DNA from: Lingula anatina
Taxonomy: Eukaryota > Animalia > Brachiopoda
NCBI GenBank assembly: GCA_051362555.1
Contig: CM120643.1
Span: forward strand, 15,474,644 to 15,538,643
DNA length: 64,000 bases
Reading direction: 5' to 3'
In this document: positions 47,842-61,400 of the stretch, one piece after another
How positions within the stretch are numbered: position 1 is the stretch's first letter
Layout: the number at the start of each line of letters is the position of its first letter
Made by a program: the position numbers and the translations under genes
The notes under the pieces: generated by a model
Seen by the model: only the letters and a program-made list of their open reading frames with translations
Told to the model about the DNA's origin: nothing
The model's database searches: none

Positions 47842-49532
47842 ATATGATGAAAAGTAGCAAATTTCAAAACAATAACTGATTGGAGGAGAGGGCGTTACAT
47901 GCCCTAGGTGCTGTTTTCAATACGCAAAAGATCAAATGTGAAAAGAATGTAGTGATTCCACATTTTCAAAGGTGAAAAAAATGAATTAACTTAATAACAT
48001 AAGGCATTTGATAAATTCGATTATTATGTTGTTTCTAATTCCATTGTTTCTAAAAACAAATTTTCGTTTTGATCCGTTTTGTTTATAGCATTGTTTATAC
48101 TTTTCCACTTTAGTATGAAATTGGAATAGTATCGTAATTACTGCACGTTAAAAATCCCTTTCTCGGGTTTAATTTGAAATTGTCTTGTACTTTCAGAGGA
48201 GGACTGTATATGTCATATTGGTAAGCATAACGTCCGGATAATTTTCAACGCCGTAGCTCGGCGTCATCTGCCGCTGTGGGTCGCTGTAGGTCGTAAGTAG
48301 GCTAAGACTTTCACTTTATATTTGCCCTCTAGAAAATACTATTTGACTATCAAATGAAAACTGTGCCGGCAATTTAATTAGAAAACAATTACCATGCATA
48401 TGTATAGGTAATAGAGTACAGTTGGATAATTAGTATGAGGCGTCGATGATATATTAAATGAACTGCAATCTACCCCTCTGTTTATTTGTGTTGACTGTTG
48501 CAAAGCAGGTGTTTTAGCAGTTACAAGTTGTTGCAAGTATACAGTGTTGGGGGTGGGGGGGGGTGGGGGTGAAGCTTGTTGTACATATAGGCAAGGGAGA
48601 GTAATAATAAGAATATGTATAACACACACGTGCTGATTTTTTACTATCTTAAGAAGTTGTTAAACCATAGTGCATTTCAATACAGAACTGTCAAAATAAC
48701 TAGAGCAGCTCGCAATGGATAACTAAATAAGAGTAGGCCTGAAATGAAAACTAGAAAATTGAATTCAAGGGAAGATTTAAGTGGAATATAGATCTAAGAA
48801 ATGCTTACAAATTTTAAAAATATTTAAGCAATGCTTGGTGTTTCATAAAAGTTCGTTTAAAATGTCTGTATAAGGTTTGATATCCTCTTCAGGGAGGCAT
48901 TTTCGCTCACAGTTGGAAACGCTTAAAAAACAGTTGGTATTTTTCGACACAAAATGAGATGTTTTCATCATGTTTGACTGCAGGAGAAAAAACCAACAAC
49001 GTATTAACATTTCTAAGAGTTTCAGCTTGTGTAAATAACGTGGAATGGAAAGGAAATTATTGCAAGAAATTCGAAGAGAATGATCGTTTTTCCGGTCGTC
49101 GACGGAAATGACCGAACACACACAGTGCTACCTCCACTGAAAGAAGAGTTCGTCACGGGTGATTTGATAACGCCCTGCCAAACGCCTAATGAAACGCTGA
49201 AATAAATATTGTACGACAAATGAGACCTCCAGAGTTAAACAACTGTATTGCACTTAAAACCTGATATGTCAATTAAAGCACAATCAAGTGTCTTTTAACA
49301 GCCAATGTGGCCAAAAGATCACCTTCCCCGAACCACCGCCAGTTTCTGTGTTCTGTTTAAATGTTCTCCGGTATCTTTTTTTTTTAGCTTTTTGTCGATT
49401 TTGAATTGATTTTACAGAAACACCAGGTGTTGTTGTGAATGTTTCTTAATGATGGTGAGATTATGTGAAAAAATGCCACAGCAAAAAAGAGTCAGCGTGA
49501 AGTACATGCTTCATGACTGCTGTTGATAATTT

Positions 49533-49586
<54 letters not shown>

Positions 49587-49591
49587 AGAGA
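49533..49591. repeat. (GT)n(GA)n compound microsatellite
   Basis: Read directly. Confidence 0.9.
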
Positions 49592-52500
49592 GTAGTAATA
49601 TTCAACCATAACCACAATTTTCAATATATTTTTAAAAATCTCAACTTCCAGATCTTCCTCACAATTTAACCCAAATTCACGAGATAAATCATCAACATGA
49701 AGCGAAAGAAAAGAAGAGAGACTTTAAAGCGTCTATAGAAAGAAAAAGCAACTAACCTGACTTCCACAAAGGGTTTCTTCACATCCTGGCAGTAATCTCT
49801 TTGTTTGAAACATCTTTCACTTTATAAGGCTCCGTCAATATAAGAGCCTATTAGAATTATCTAAGAAGCGTGTGCCAGTTGGCAATGTTATGATCAAGCC
49901 AAGGAAAAAATCCACAGTTGAAAAGCCCATTTATTTTCAAAGGATAAATAAACTCTCTGAAATCTGCATTTACTTGAAATATTATGATAGATGCTACTTG
50001 TATTGCTGTTTCCACACCAAGAAGCTCTGTTTGCTCTGTTTGGCGGCTTAGCTGCAATGGCAAGAAGCGTGCATGTTTCTTCTTGTTTACTCCCAGACGT
50101 GTACGAGGCCTTATTATACAAAGCAACGATTCAACAAGACATCAAAAACAACGCCAACGATCCTTTTATTTCTATCCAGCAGTCCAAACAGAAGATGGTC
50201 TGATCTATATCAACTAGTGGCAAAGTTTACTTAGAGTTTAAACAATCGCGAAGTGGTACAAATATGACTTATGTCAAACGTCGGTTTGATATGCCGTGCA
50301 TGTTGAGGATCAACTCGGAAAACACGGGGAACTTTGATACAGTTAGAGAATTTGTCAGTTGGGGGGGGGGGGGGGGAGGCTGAATAGAAATATCATTGGA
50401 ATGAATTAATAAAATCAATAAACTGATTAAATCAAGAGCCTCATATAATTATCACGCAACGAGGCCGATGTCAGTGATGGGTAAAGAGAAAACAAGACGA
50501 CACAAAGTCATAGCAATATGGAGGAGAGGGGAAGACAAGAAAGAAAGAAAATAATGAGAGAGCGAGAGAAAGTGAGAATGCGAGAGAGGAATGACCACTT
50601 ATTTTTGTAAGCAATTTTAAAGAATACATAAATTGTTTTAGCTAGTTTCAATACTGGGCCCATTAATATTGCTGAAATTTGGAGCAATACATGTATGAAG
50701 CTACACTAGGAGCCGCAATGAGCGAGCCTATGTGAAACTGCTGGTAGCTAAGCTTGGAACTGCTTGTAAGTAATCCTTCTCACCAGCGCACTTTTCTCAG
50801 TTCAGCTCCCGATTACAGCAAGCTCGGGCGATCGGAAACCCTGGCATGCAGGCTAGAGCAAGGGCACAACCTGTCTGACGCAAGTGCGGTGCATCGTTCC
50901 CAAATCTCTCACAGCGCTGCCTTTCCATTGATGAAATTAATTGAAGAAAAAACGCGCGCAAGGGCATGAAGGTCAAACAGCTGGCTTGATGTTTGGCTGG
51001 ACCAATAAGAACGGTTGCTCCTCAGATCGAATTTTAAAGTACAACCGAGTTCCACGGCGTGCGATTTACCTTTGCTTCGCTGCATAGGAAGAAGAAGCGC
51101 TCTGTGAGCAGCCATTTAGAAGGGGAAGAACTGAAACTTGTTTGCTCAAATGCAGAACTAGGTTAAGCCATCAAGGCACGGAGGTTGGGTGCCCAAAGTA
51201 CTGTTTGACACCGGTTTTTGCTGATTTTGTTTAGGAAAACAATTTAGCTACTGCTGTTTTGACCCCTAGAAGACCACAGAACACGGTCATCGGGAGACAG
51301 TTTTTAGGTTGTCTCCGGGATTGCGAAGAAATTGAATACACACAATAGAGATATAATTTGTTCATTAAGTTAAGAAAAGAAAAGCACCTGAAAAACAAAT
51401 AGTAAAAAGTATCCATAATATAATCTCGGTGTTTGTGACTTACCTTTTTTTACTTCTTTGAAGCAAGCTTCATGTGCTTCTGGCACGAACCAATAGTATT
51501 AGTGAGTGTTTTAGCACCATCGCCGGAGTTTGACTTTTTGATTACGTACCACCACTCTTAAAATAATTACAAACAGCTTTTAATTTCTTTTGATAAAGCA
51601 TTTATATCGGCTATTTTATGCCAAATGAATGGTTTTTGCATGCCTTGTATTTTTAATTAAATGTGAAAATGCACATTTTTTTTTTTGGGGGGGGGGGTAC
51701 TTATTCCATTGTTTGATAAAGATGTAACGAGTATTTGTGATATTACATTGGCTTATCGATGAAAGTACGGCTTTTTAAAACAAAAATGTCACTACAGGTA
51801 ATTGTCGACCTATTATTTTCCTACCCCAGCTTAATTTCATTTTCTCCATTCCTTCATTCTTCACTCATTAAATTTTCTCATATTCTTTGAAATTTTGCAC
51901 ATAAATCTTTGTGCGAAATATCTCATTTAACTTTACACGACGAAAAGGACCTTTGTTAAAAAAATTTTAAAAAATCCGTTCATTGTGAAAATCTTATCAA
52001 ATTGAAACAGTGGCATCTACCATTAAATCGCAATCGCAGAAACCTTGCAAAGACCATTAAGTGCAAATATTAGAAGAAAAAACACCATCATTGATAATTG
52101 TACATACGTAAGTGCAATTCCAGGCAGAATAACACTTGTAAAATGTAATATATATCGAAGTTGATATATGAGAGTTTGGAATCTCGGGTTACTGATTTTT
52201 TTTTTTTTTTTTGTATTTGACAGGGAAGTAAAATATCAAAATAGTATAGACCCATGAAATGAATTTTCAATAAAATTACCAGGGGATATGGGAAGATTTT
52301 ACCATATTTTTTTCTATTATATATTGTAAAAGTTTCTTACATGTAAAAACCATGGCTAAAGGCTAAGAGCTGATCCCAAATTTAGGGTCGTCTTATAGCG
52401 GGTCTTATCTGGCAAAGTGGGAGGGTCTGTTTATCCAAAATACTGAAGACCTCAGCAAGTCTGTCAGTTGAAACGAGTTTGTTACAGGTGTTTAACTTGA

Positions 52501-55500
52501 CAGTTAAAGATCACTACAAAAAAATTTAGGGTGATCCTGACAAGAAATAAATTGCTTAACATGAATGTTAAAAAATACGAGATGTGTGGACATGTAGGTT
52601 CTAAATGAAGACAAGGCGCGAGCTTGCTGATCTCAAAGAAAAAAAGCAATTATTTTTCTATTGTATGCTTCAGCATTTATGTTACCTTAGAAAAAGAAAA
52701 GAGAAAAATATCTTTCGTGTCCTGATAGTAATTTACACACTTTGTTGACACGACAGTGTCGTCGATTCTTTTGGATAATGTCACCCGAGAAACACGATAT
52801 TTGAGTGAGCCAAGAGGGTGGATCGCAGTGTTTTTTCTTCCATGAAAACACAAGCAAATTCCATTATCAAGATGATTTGTTTCAGGTCTGAAAATGTCAG
52901 GCCAATAATTGAATTTAGTGAAGGGAATCGTTAAGAAGTTTGCTGATTTGAATCTACGAGGAGCGCCTTCATTAAGAAGACATTAGCTGATCGGTTCAGT
53001 CATAAACCTTAGATAACTTTAATCATTTGCTTGCTTTTGACTTCTTGGAAACTCTCCGTCTCTCATAAAAATTAAAAACATTATTAGGAACATATATTCC
53101 CTTTGTCCGCTCGAAAATTTCTATTTCTATCTAGTTAAAACTCGCAATTTAAAAAATCTTTTGTTTCTGGAGAGGGCTTGGTAGTTGTTTTTTTTCTTTT
53201 CCTTTTTTTCTTAAGAATGGATTGCGTGCAAGTATGAACGGCTGCATGTGTTGGTGAAATGATACAAGACTATCCAACAAAAGGGTAGATAGATGTTACG
53301 TAAACCCGAAGACAGGCCTTTGTGTTCTACACTAAAAATGCCGTGAAGACACGATGAAGATGGGTAATGGAATAATAAGAGAATAGTCGAAACAATAGTT
53401 GGGAAACATTTTCTAAACAAAACGTGAAATGAACCAAAAAAAAATCCGATTTTTACAAAAGTCTTCGTGTGCTCGTGTGAAGCTACTGGTGAAACTGAGA
53501 CGTGTTGCAGTGTATTGAAACAACGGTTCACGACATTTTGTGACGCTCCATTCCACAAATTGAAAACGGTTATTAATCTGTTATTGAAGCACACCCTTCA
53601 CAAAATGTGCAGACAAAGACACTGGATAATGGCGGAACATGCAACAATGGTTAACAATCTTTTTATCAAAGGGATACCAAATCCGAATCTACTCTCACAC
53701 TATTTATAGAATTCTCGCTCTTGTTGTACTTGAAATCACTCTTAGAAAGTTCTTCCGGTTCATCATAAAGTTTCGTCGTCTGCAGGTTAGTTATTGAGAA
53801 TTAGATTAGTTATTTCCTTGAGCATTTAGTATATTTATGTCGTGCAGTATTTGCTGTCTACGAAATGTGTCGAAGGGTTCCGGACGCGCGGTAGGAATTT
53901 GTAGCGTTCCAGGTCTACTGTCTGGATATCGCCATTGACTTAATGCCTCTAATCCAACATCGAGTGCGTTTCAACTGGTCAAAACTTGACCACTTAATTT
54001 GTTTTGACTGGGAGTTAGGATCACACACTGTTAAGTGGCCATTTTTCTGACCAATTGACCATGTCCATCTAAGCGATTAATGAAAAATATAAGCTTGTTA
54101 AAACTTGGGCGTTTAAGTGGCCACGGAGCGTTTTTTCTATATCAAATCTTTTTTATACAGTTATGAGTATATTCCAAATAAGATAAATAGATTATTCAAG
54201 GATGACCTGACATGACTCAAAAAAGCTTCAAACACAAAGAGCAGCAAAGTTGAAGTAAAGGGAAGTAATTCGCAAAAATGCTCATTTGTTTTAAAGATAA
54301 GAATTCAGTTGAGGTTTAAGAGTTCGATGATAAAATGATAAAACTTATGGATTTTAAAATGATTAAAGTCATTTTAATTATTTTTTTAGAATTATGATAA
54401 TGAAACAGGGTATCGTGATTCAAAGGGGATTTATGGGAACTAAAAAAAAATACGAGGACAGAATTGTCAACTGTGCAGTTCACGTCTTATTGGACCCCAT
54501 TCCCTTCACGACATATACATTTATCTTCTGAGCGAGATTACTGTCAGGCTAATTTGCATACAGCTACCGTAAGGATTTCAGTATTAACTTTCCCGGGCTG
54601 GCGAAAAGCTCCCATTTAGACTCAAAAGGTAAAGAGCTAATGACTCCTTAAAAGGGGGTCACAAGTTACTATAAAGAACACGCCATTGAGGTGTATATTT
54701 GGGTAGCGGAATCGGCCCTTACATTAAGTCTTAATGCAAAAGAGTACTTGACGGGAAGTGCCTCCCCACAGGTGTCAATGCGCGACAATCTAGCCCCCCT
54801 ACCAATTCCAAACGCTCTTATCCTCTCAGAGTGGCGGCTAGACTGTTTTCAGTGTAACACCATCTCGCTTTCACTCCTCTCTATGGAGGAGTGTTTGATT
54901 TTCGCGAAATCACATATGTAAAGTTTGTTGTCGAGGTGCTTGTTGACTGGGGAGAGGAAAAGTATGTAAACGTATTGTTCGCGGGATTAATCTCACTCTG
55001 CACGCACACTAGATAAGACTAAGAGGGGTGTGAAGTCCCTGTAACGAGATGGGCCGATAAGATTAAGTTTAATTCATTTTTAGTCAAACAGTTGGTTCAC
55101 AGGTGATTTAGTCGTATGGATACTGAGGTGGTCACGAAGACAGGGCGTGGTAGCGGACCATTATTGAACCAACGCCAGGACCTGGTTTGAGTCGTTCCTG
55201 AAGACGTCAGCGTTGTTAACAAGATATGTTTTGTCAATTTTGGGTAGTCCAAAGTATTTGGTAAAGAAATCAACTTCTAATGGTGCAATGCAATCAACAC
55301 CTGCGGTGGCTGTGCGAGGGGTTTTAATTTCTTTCTCTTCTTGGACAACTAATTTTTTATTGTTCTTCTTGTGTATTTATAATAAATGTCATTAAAAACC
55401 ATGGGTGAAATAAACGCTTAAACTGCATAGCTGCAAACGCCCGTGTTCTTTATATCTACTGACTAACATGTTTTTTAAACAAATGGAATTATAACAATTG

Positions 55501-57869
55501 ATAGTGATAAATGCGAAAAATTAGCAACCCTGTTCACAGCGACTGAGCTTAATAAGCCGATTCGATAGACTCGGTCCAAATTAGGCCTGTGTGAATTCTC
55601 ACTCTTTTTGTCGTGTTTTGGTTCTATCGGTCCAGCGGTTGCACCCGAGTTTTCAGAACTTTGTTTTGTACCTCACTTTGTGTAAGCGGCAGCGAAAATC
55701 CGCACCTTATTTACGCAGCGTTGTAAAGCAGGATTTGTTTATCCTTTGCCCGCGGGAAGGGCTGTTGTTGCACGCGACACTGTCGCTAACTTTTCCGTCG
55801 CCTCGGAAATTCTTTCTGCCAAAAGTCAACATTCTGTTTCCTCGTTCTCTATTCGCCAAAGGCCAAAACCCATCCGTCAAGCGCCGGTCAGTCGGAAAGT
55901 GTCACACTGAATGACGATATTCCTAAAATTGTTTTTCTGACTTCTTAATATTGCGGTTGATAAAATGATAACAAAAATATAATGAATAGGCTTGTAACAA
56001 CGATTGCCTCAAGCAGTTTTTGATTTTTGACGAAAATATTTAAGTTTCATAAAATGAAAACGAAAAATAATTCAGTTCAGGAATTGTTCTTAAAAGATAA
56101 GTATATTTTTAGTTATATATATGAGCATTGCAAACAAATAAGATGTCGGGCGTTTAGAATGGAATTTTCAAGTAAAAACAAACCAAAAAATGGTATTGAC
56201 TTTCAATGTCTAAATGATTTACGTCATTTGTAAGCAATAAGGAGGCGATTTTAAATTTACCCCACCCATTTTCATTAACAGTTGCTTCCTTTGGTGAGGA
56301 TATAAAACAGTTGTTATCTGTCGTGATATTTTTTGAAACACAAGGAGGCTAGTTCAACAAGATACCGATATCAGAAAACATCGTCGACCATTGTATTTCT
56401 GACGTGAGAAATTCCACTTGAGAAAATGGAGCACTTAATACGTATTATAAAAGATAAAAACCCGCGACCTGAAATCGGGGTCACTGGTTAAAACATTTAA
56501 ACATTCTCTACACTGATATTGTTCTGTGAAAAACACTCAGCTCTCAAATGTAGTCTGAAAAGATTAAATCCAGCAACTCATTTTCTCAACCTATGGCTTA
56601 GATAGTTTCCAACAATACTCACAAAAGGATAAACATACATATGAAAATGGCTTAACACTAAAGTACATAAAAACAAAGATTAAAAATCGCGATTTGTTAG
56701 CCAAGGGATAAAAATGTTTTCAAATGTCAAAACAAAAGATGATACTCGATACAAACCAATCCTGAATTTTACTAAAAAGAGACTAAAATCCACAAAGTAA
56801 CAGCATGTCAATAGAATAAACGTTTGCAATTGTTCAAAACAGATAATACTATTTAAACAAAAAATCAACCCTGAAATATACTTAATAAGATTAAATTGCA
56901 CAACCCAGCTAAAATGTTTGCAAATTCTTGAAATTGTACTTAATTATCCACAGAATGAGTGATTACTAAATCTCTTTCTGGGTTCAGAACTGGGATTCCT
57001 GCAAAAGAGAATCCGTCTTGTTAGGGCTATATTTGAGACCTTTTATACGTGGTGTTTAAATAAGTGATCGTTGCTCCCCTAGCTGTATGTGAACAAGCAG
57101 TGTAATCGTATTGACGAACGCCTTTGTCGTATTTTATTCTCGAATTTGACAAGTTTCTGTTAAATCGCCGAACAAAAGGCCGAACAATGCAGTAACCGTT
57201 TGACATATGAGAGTACTGATGTTGATATATGTATCCATCTGACGAAGGAGATACCCACACTGTTAAAGGGAACTGACGCGTTTTCTCTTTTCTGTTGAAA
57301 CTGTAAAGTCATGGAATTTTTGACGAATAGTGGTCATTAGAAGCAGAAAATAACAGTCCATTCTGCTGATTGTTCTTATTAATATCAGTAAAAAAAGCTA
57401 ATTTTAACTAAATAATATAAATCTGTTTCTGGAATTGCAATTTTTGCCATTCAACACACCATAAAAATCATTCAGAACGTCGGTTTTGAAAATACCTGAG
57501 GGTATCAAAGCTACACCTTCATTTGAGGTTTCAGTTAGAGGTCAGCAATTTGATTATGTAACTTCAAAGTATCACGCCCTTTTAGACATATTTGACAATT
57601 ATTGAACGAAAGAAAAACATAATCTTGTAGGAAAAAAATTAAAACGCTTTTTACAACACACACATTTATCGGCACCAACTTGTAGGCAATGGAAGTTCCC
57701 AGTGAAGAAATTACTTAAACTGAGAAGGATCAAACAGAGACAAAAATGACTATGAAACTTTTTGTTGTTTTACACGCATGTATTGTCAAGTTGGCCTTAA
57801 CATATCTGGAGGCAGTGTAATCACAGGTAAGCACGGTGTATCTCATGGTATTTTGCTTTTCTCTCAGCA

Positions 57870-58247
57870 TTATCTGTAACGGAAATGCTTTGTATGGCAC
57901 TCAATATATTTTGGGCATGTAGCGCACCAAACGCAGAGGTGTATCAAGGTCTTCTATACCATGTATCGATGGTCACCGACAAGACTGCAATAAGAAGGTT
58001 AAAGCTTGGAAGACACTGAGAAATCCAGAAGAACTTGCAAATGCACTGGTACTCCGAGGTCCAAGAGAAGGCAGACCCAGACGAGGTAAAATAAAGCAGG
58101 CGAGCACGGATAAAATGTTGATAAGACACCAGACTGGATGACACAAATTAGACAAGAGCCAGGAACTCTGATGATGGAGAGAGAAGCCTGGGGAAGCTGT
58201 GCTGTGGCTGTTGAGCTAATGATGATGATGATGATGATGATGGTGAT
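57870..58247 (+). mobile_element. Degenerate 3' end of an RTE-clade non-LTR retrotransposon with (GAT)n tail
   Basis: Frameshifted peptides MLCMALNIFW..PNAEVYQGL, VTDKTAIRRLKLGRH, RNPEELANALVL, GRPRRG and TLMMEREAW resemble the post-RT C-terminus of RTE elements; ends in (GAT)n at 58219-58247. Confidence 0.75.
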
Positions 58248-58285
58248 ACTATGATTCAGTAACTGTTAACACTGTCGTTACACGT

Positions 58286-58316
<31 letters not shown>

Positions 58317-58337
58317 TCATCTCAATTTATTTCACCC

Positions 58338-58480
58338 AGTAGAGGTACATGTAGGAGGAGGACGATGTGCACGGATAACCTGCTGGAAGACACCAGATTG
58401 AAGGGCACAAATTAGCCGAGGACTCTGAGGATGGAGAGAGAAACCTGGAGAGGCTGTTGTCAGACTGATGTTACGTGCGG
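58338..58480 (+). mobile_element. Second, shorter copy of the RTE-like 3' end
   Basis: Reads TDNLLEDTRLKGTN*PRTLRMERETWRG; shares GCACGGATAA, AAGACACCAGA, CACAAATTAG, ACTCTGA and GATGGAGAGAGAA with 58104-58185. Confidence 0.7.
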
Positions 58481-61400
58481 AATGAGCACGACATGTGGTT
58501 ATTATATAAGCAATGAGAGAGAAAGAAAGATGACATCCCAGTTTATTTCATCTGTTATTATTACCCCTGTTCTGATTACTCTCTGATCACAACAGTCGCT
58601 TGTAGTCTCTTGCAAATTAGTGGAATCGTCTCTTCTTCAGTTTTGTATGCTATACTAGAGACCCCTGTGATACCAGAGGGAATTTGTTCTGGTCATATTC
58701 ATATTCATAAATTAATAAGAAAACGAGGGAGTGAGCGGATGGCCATAATAGACGAATGATTGAGATGAAGAAAAAGGGAAATGTAGTCGAATTTTAATTA
58801 AAAAGTGCGAAAAACTTGGTATAAGGAGGGAAGGGTGTAAAAGGGTATTCAGGATTTTGTAGCTGCTTCAAGAGGTAAACGGCGACCGGGATGGAGGGAT
58901 GGGGGAAATGGACGACAAAGCCGATAACAACGCGTCCCTTCTGTCGCGTCCCCCGAACTGGTTCTCTGTTGTAGCACAGTGTACCCAGCCATTGATTTGC
59001 TTACCAATTAGCTCCTCATCTCAAGACTACGTCTCCAATACAGTTACAGTGTGACTTCGGCTAATGGATACATGTCACGTTATCCAACGACACCAGGCGC
59101 GATCCATTATTTAACACCCAGCTGCTCCTACGGGGGAGCTTAAGGGTGTCACTTTAACTTCTGTCAATGCCATATGACGGGAAGAGTTTGGTAAATTTAA
59201 TTCTTAATTTCCAAAGCGGCAAAAGAGGATTTGTATTCCTCGGGGCGACTTTGATTCAGTTCCCTTGGCTTCCAAGTGTGTATGCCAGTGTATGTGTGTG
59301 AGTGACAGGGCGGTAGTGACAGTGAAATTGAATTGTCCCAAGAGAGGAAGATGAATTGAGATGGGCAAGACGAACGAATGCAAATAAATAAGACAACGGC
59401 ACAAACCTATTTTGAATTAAAGAAAGAAAGAAAGAAAAAAGAAATGTCTGTTTGCTTTTCCATCCCGGCCACTTGTTTTGCAAGTACCAGTATCGGCCGT
59501 GTCGAGATTTGATTACAAATCGCGCTTAATATTTATTTTTGATAAAGCATCATGCTTGATAAACTGATATGTTGACGGTGTTATTCAAGAGATATTTGAT
59601 TTAGGATCGGTGAAACTGAGATGGCGATTTTATAAAGATTGTCAGAGAATAATAGCCGTTTTAAGTGCAAGCGAGCAGTTAATAATGACACTCGCATTCA
59701 GAAGATAAACAATATCACATCAAGCCTATCGTAATTCAAGGATTCATTTGATGCGGGCCTGTTGACATAGGAAGTAGAGAAATCACTTTGATTGTATGGA
59801 CTCTGGTAAATTAATGATCACTTAGATTATAAGTTATAATAATAAAGGTGCCCTGTTATACATTATTAATGCAATAATCCTTCTACTGGTGACAAACACT
59901 CAAGCATTAAGAAAAACCTTTATCAAAAAATGTAGTTTCAAGTTCTGTAAATGTAATTAAGTTACATTATTTTAACCGTGTAAATTTCTACAAAGTAGCC
60001 TACTAATAGGCTTCATGCATGTACATGTAAAAGATATGCTTCTAAATTCTGAACTGCCCCAGTGCGAATTAAACTGATGAAAAGAATTCGTAGAACCTCG
60101 TACTAGAAATATACAAATGTTTAAATATTCTTAATAAATATAAAAAATGTCACTACGCCAACCAATTTTCAAAAGTTGGCCAATTCTATATTAAGGTCAA
60201 ATAATCTTTCCAGGAGCTATAAACTGTTAATATTTTTGTTTTTATTTTATCAAAAATAACTTTATTCAAACGTTATCTTCATTGCAGGTCGTTGTTATAT
60301 TTATTGATAGGTGTATTTAGGTTATTCTGGGTAGAACGTCATTCAATATCTAAAACCAAAGGTCAAGTCGTTTGACAACTTGATCTGATCTTTTTACTTG
60401 TAAAATTATTTTACTATCATTTGATTTGCTGTCTACACCGTTGTACAGTTACTCTTCGCTGCACTTAAGCCATTAATGTTGCAACCCTTCTCATCAATTC
60501 GCTAACAGTAATCTGTTCTTGTTAGCTCAAGAATCATTTATATTTTGGTATATGACTACAACCACCCTTATTGAAATCGCTATCATCACTATTAATTATA
60601 GAAATAACACTTCGATTGTCATCAACGTGGTTTTATCGAAATGGGATTTCTGTTAATTAAATCAGCACCTTTTAAGGCGTCTGACCCCAAATAACCTTTC
60701 TTAACCTTAACAGATAGCGGCTACCTTTGACTGAAGTGTTGAACAGTGGGACGCACTCTCATATCTTATCGATGGATGAGACATTAAGTCAGTGTTCAAA
60801 AGCTGTCGCGAGATGTTGACCAATGTTTCATTGCTCAATTTACACGTTTACAGCGCCTAATACATTATGTACGACATCAGGGTTCGCTTCACGCCTTTCG
60901 CTTTATTAGATTAGCCTGTCTCCATTGAAGCGTGTTAAAATACGTCAATAAATCTTGTCCCAGGTTGAACTGCAGTTGAACTTGACCGAAGTTATCCGAC
61001 TTATATGACATAATGTTATCTTTTTTTATTTCTTTTTTCTTTTTTTTATTTTTTGAAATTTTGGTGGCCTATTGTCATTTGAGCGTGCCAGTTGATGGTG
61101 TTCTTATTGAACTACTGTTGACGTGACTGGAGTCAAGCTATTATACATTAGAACACGACGTTTCATTATTATTTTGTCCAACATTTCTTCTTATTGGATC
61201 GGTTTATTCCATCGCCATTTTCTATATTTAAAAGACCATTTAACCACTGGGCTATGTGTGGCATGCTTACCATATTTGTAAAGCTCTAGGCACTCTCACA
61301 ATACAAACGAAAAGTACAATTCTCATAGATAATGGCTTTCTTATTTTGTAGTTGTCATTTCGTTTCGTTTTTGTTTTACTGTTGTCGACATTGATGTATG

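Noticed and set aside
60073-60110. CTGATGA...GAAA hammerhead-like words (also 28371)
   Set aside because: No flanking helices I-III can be formed.
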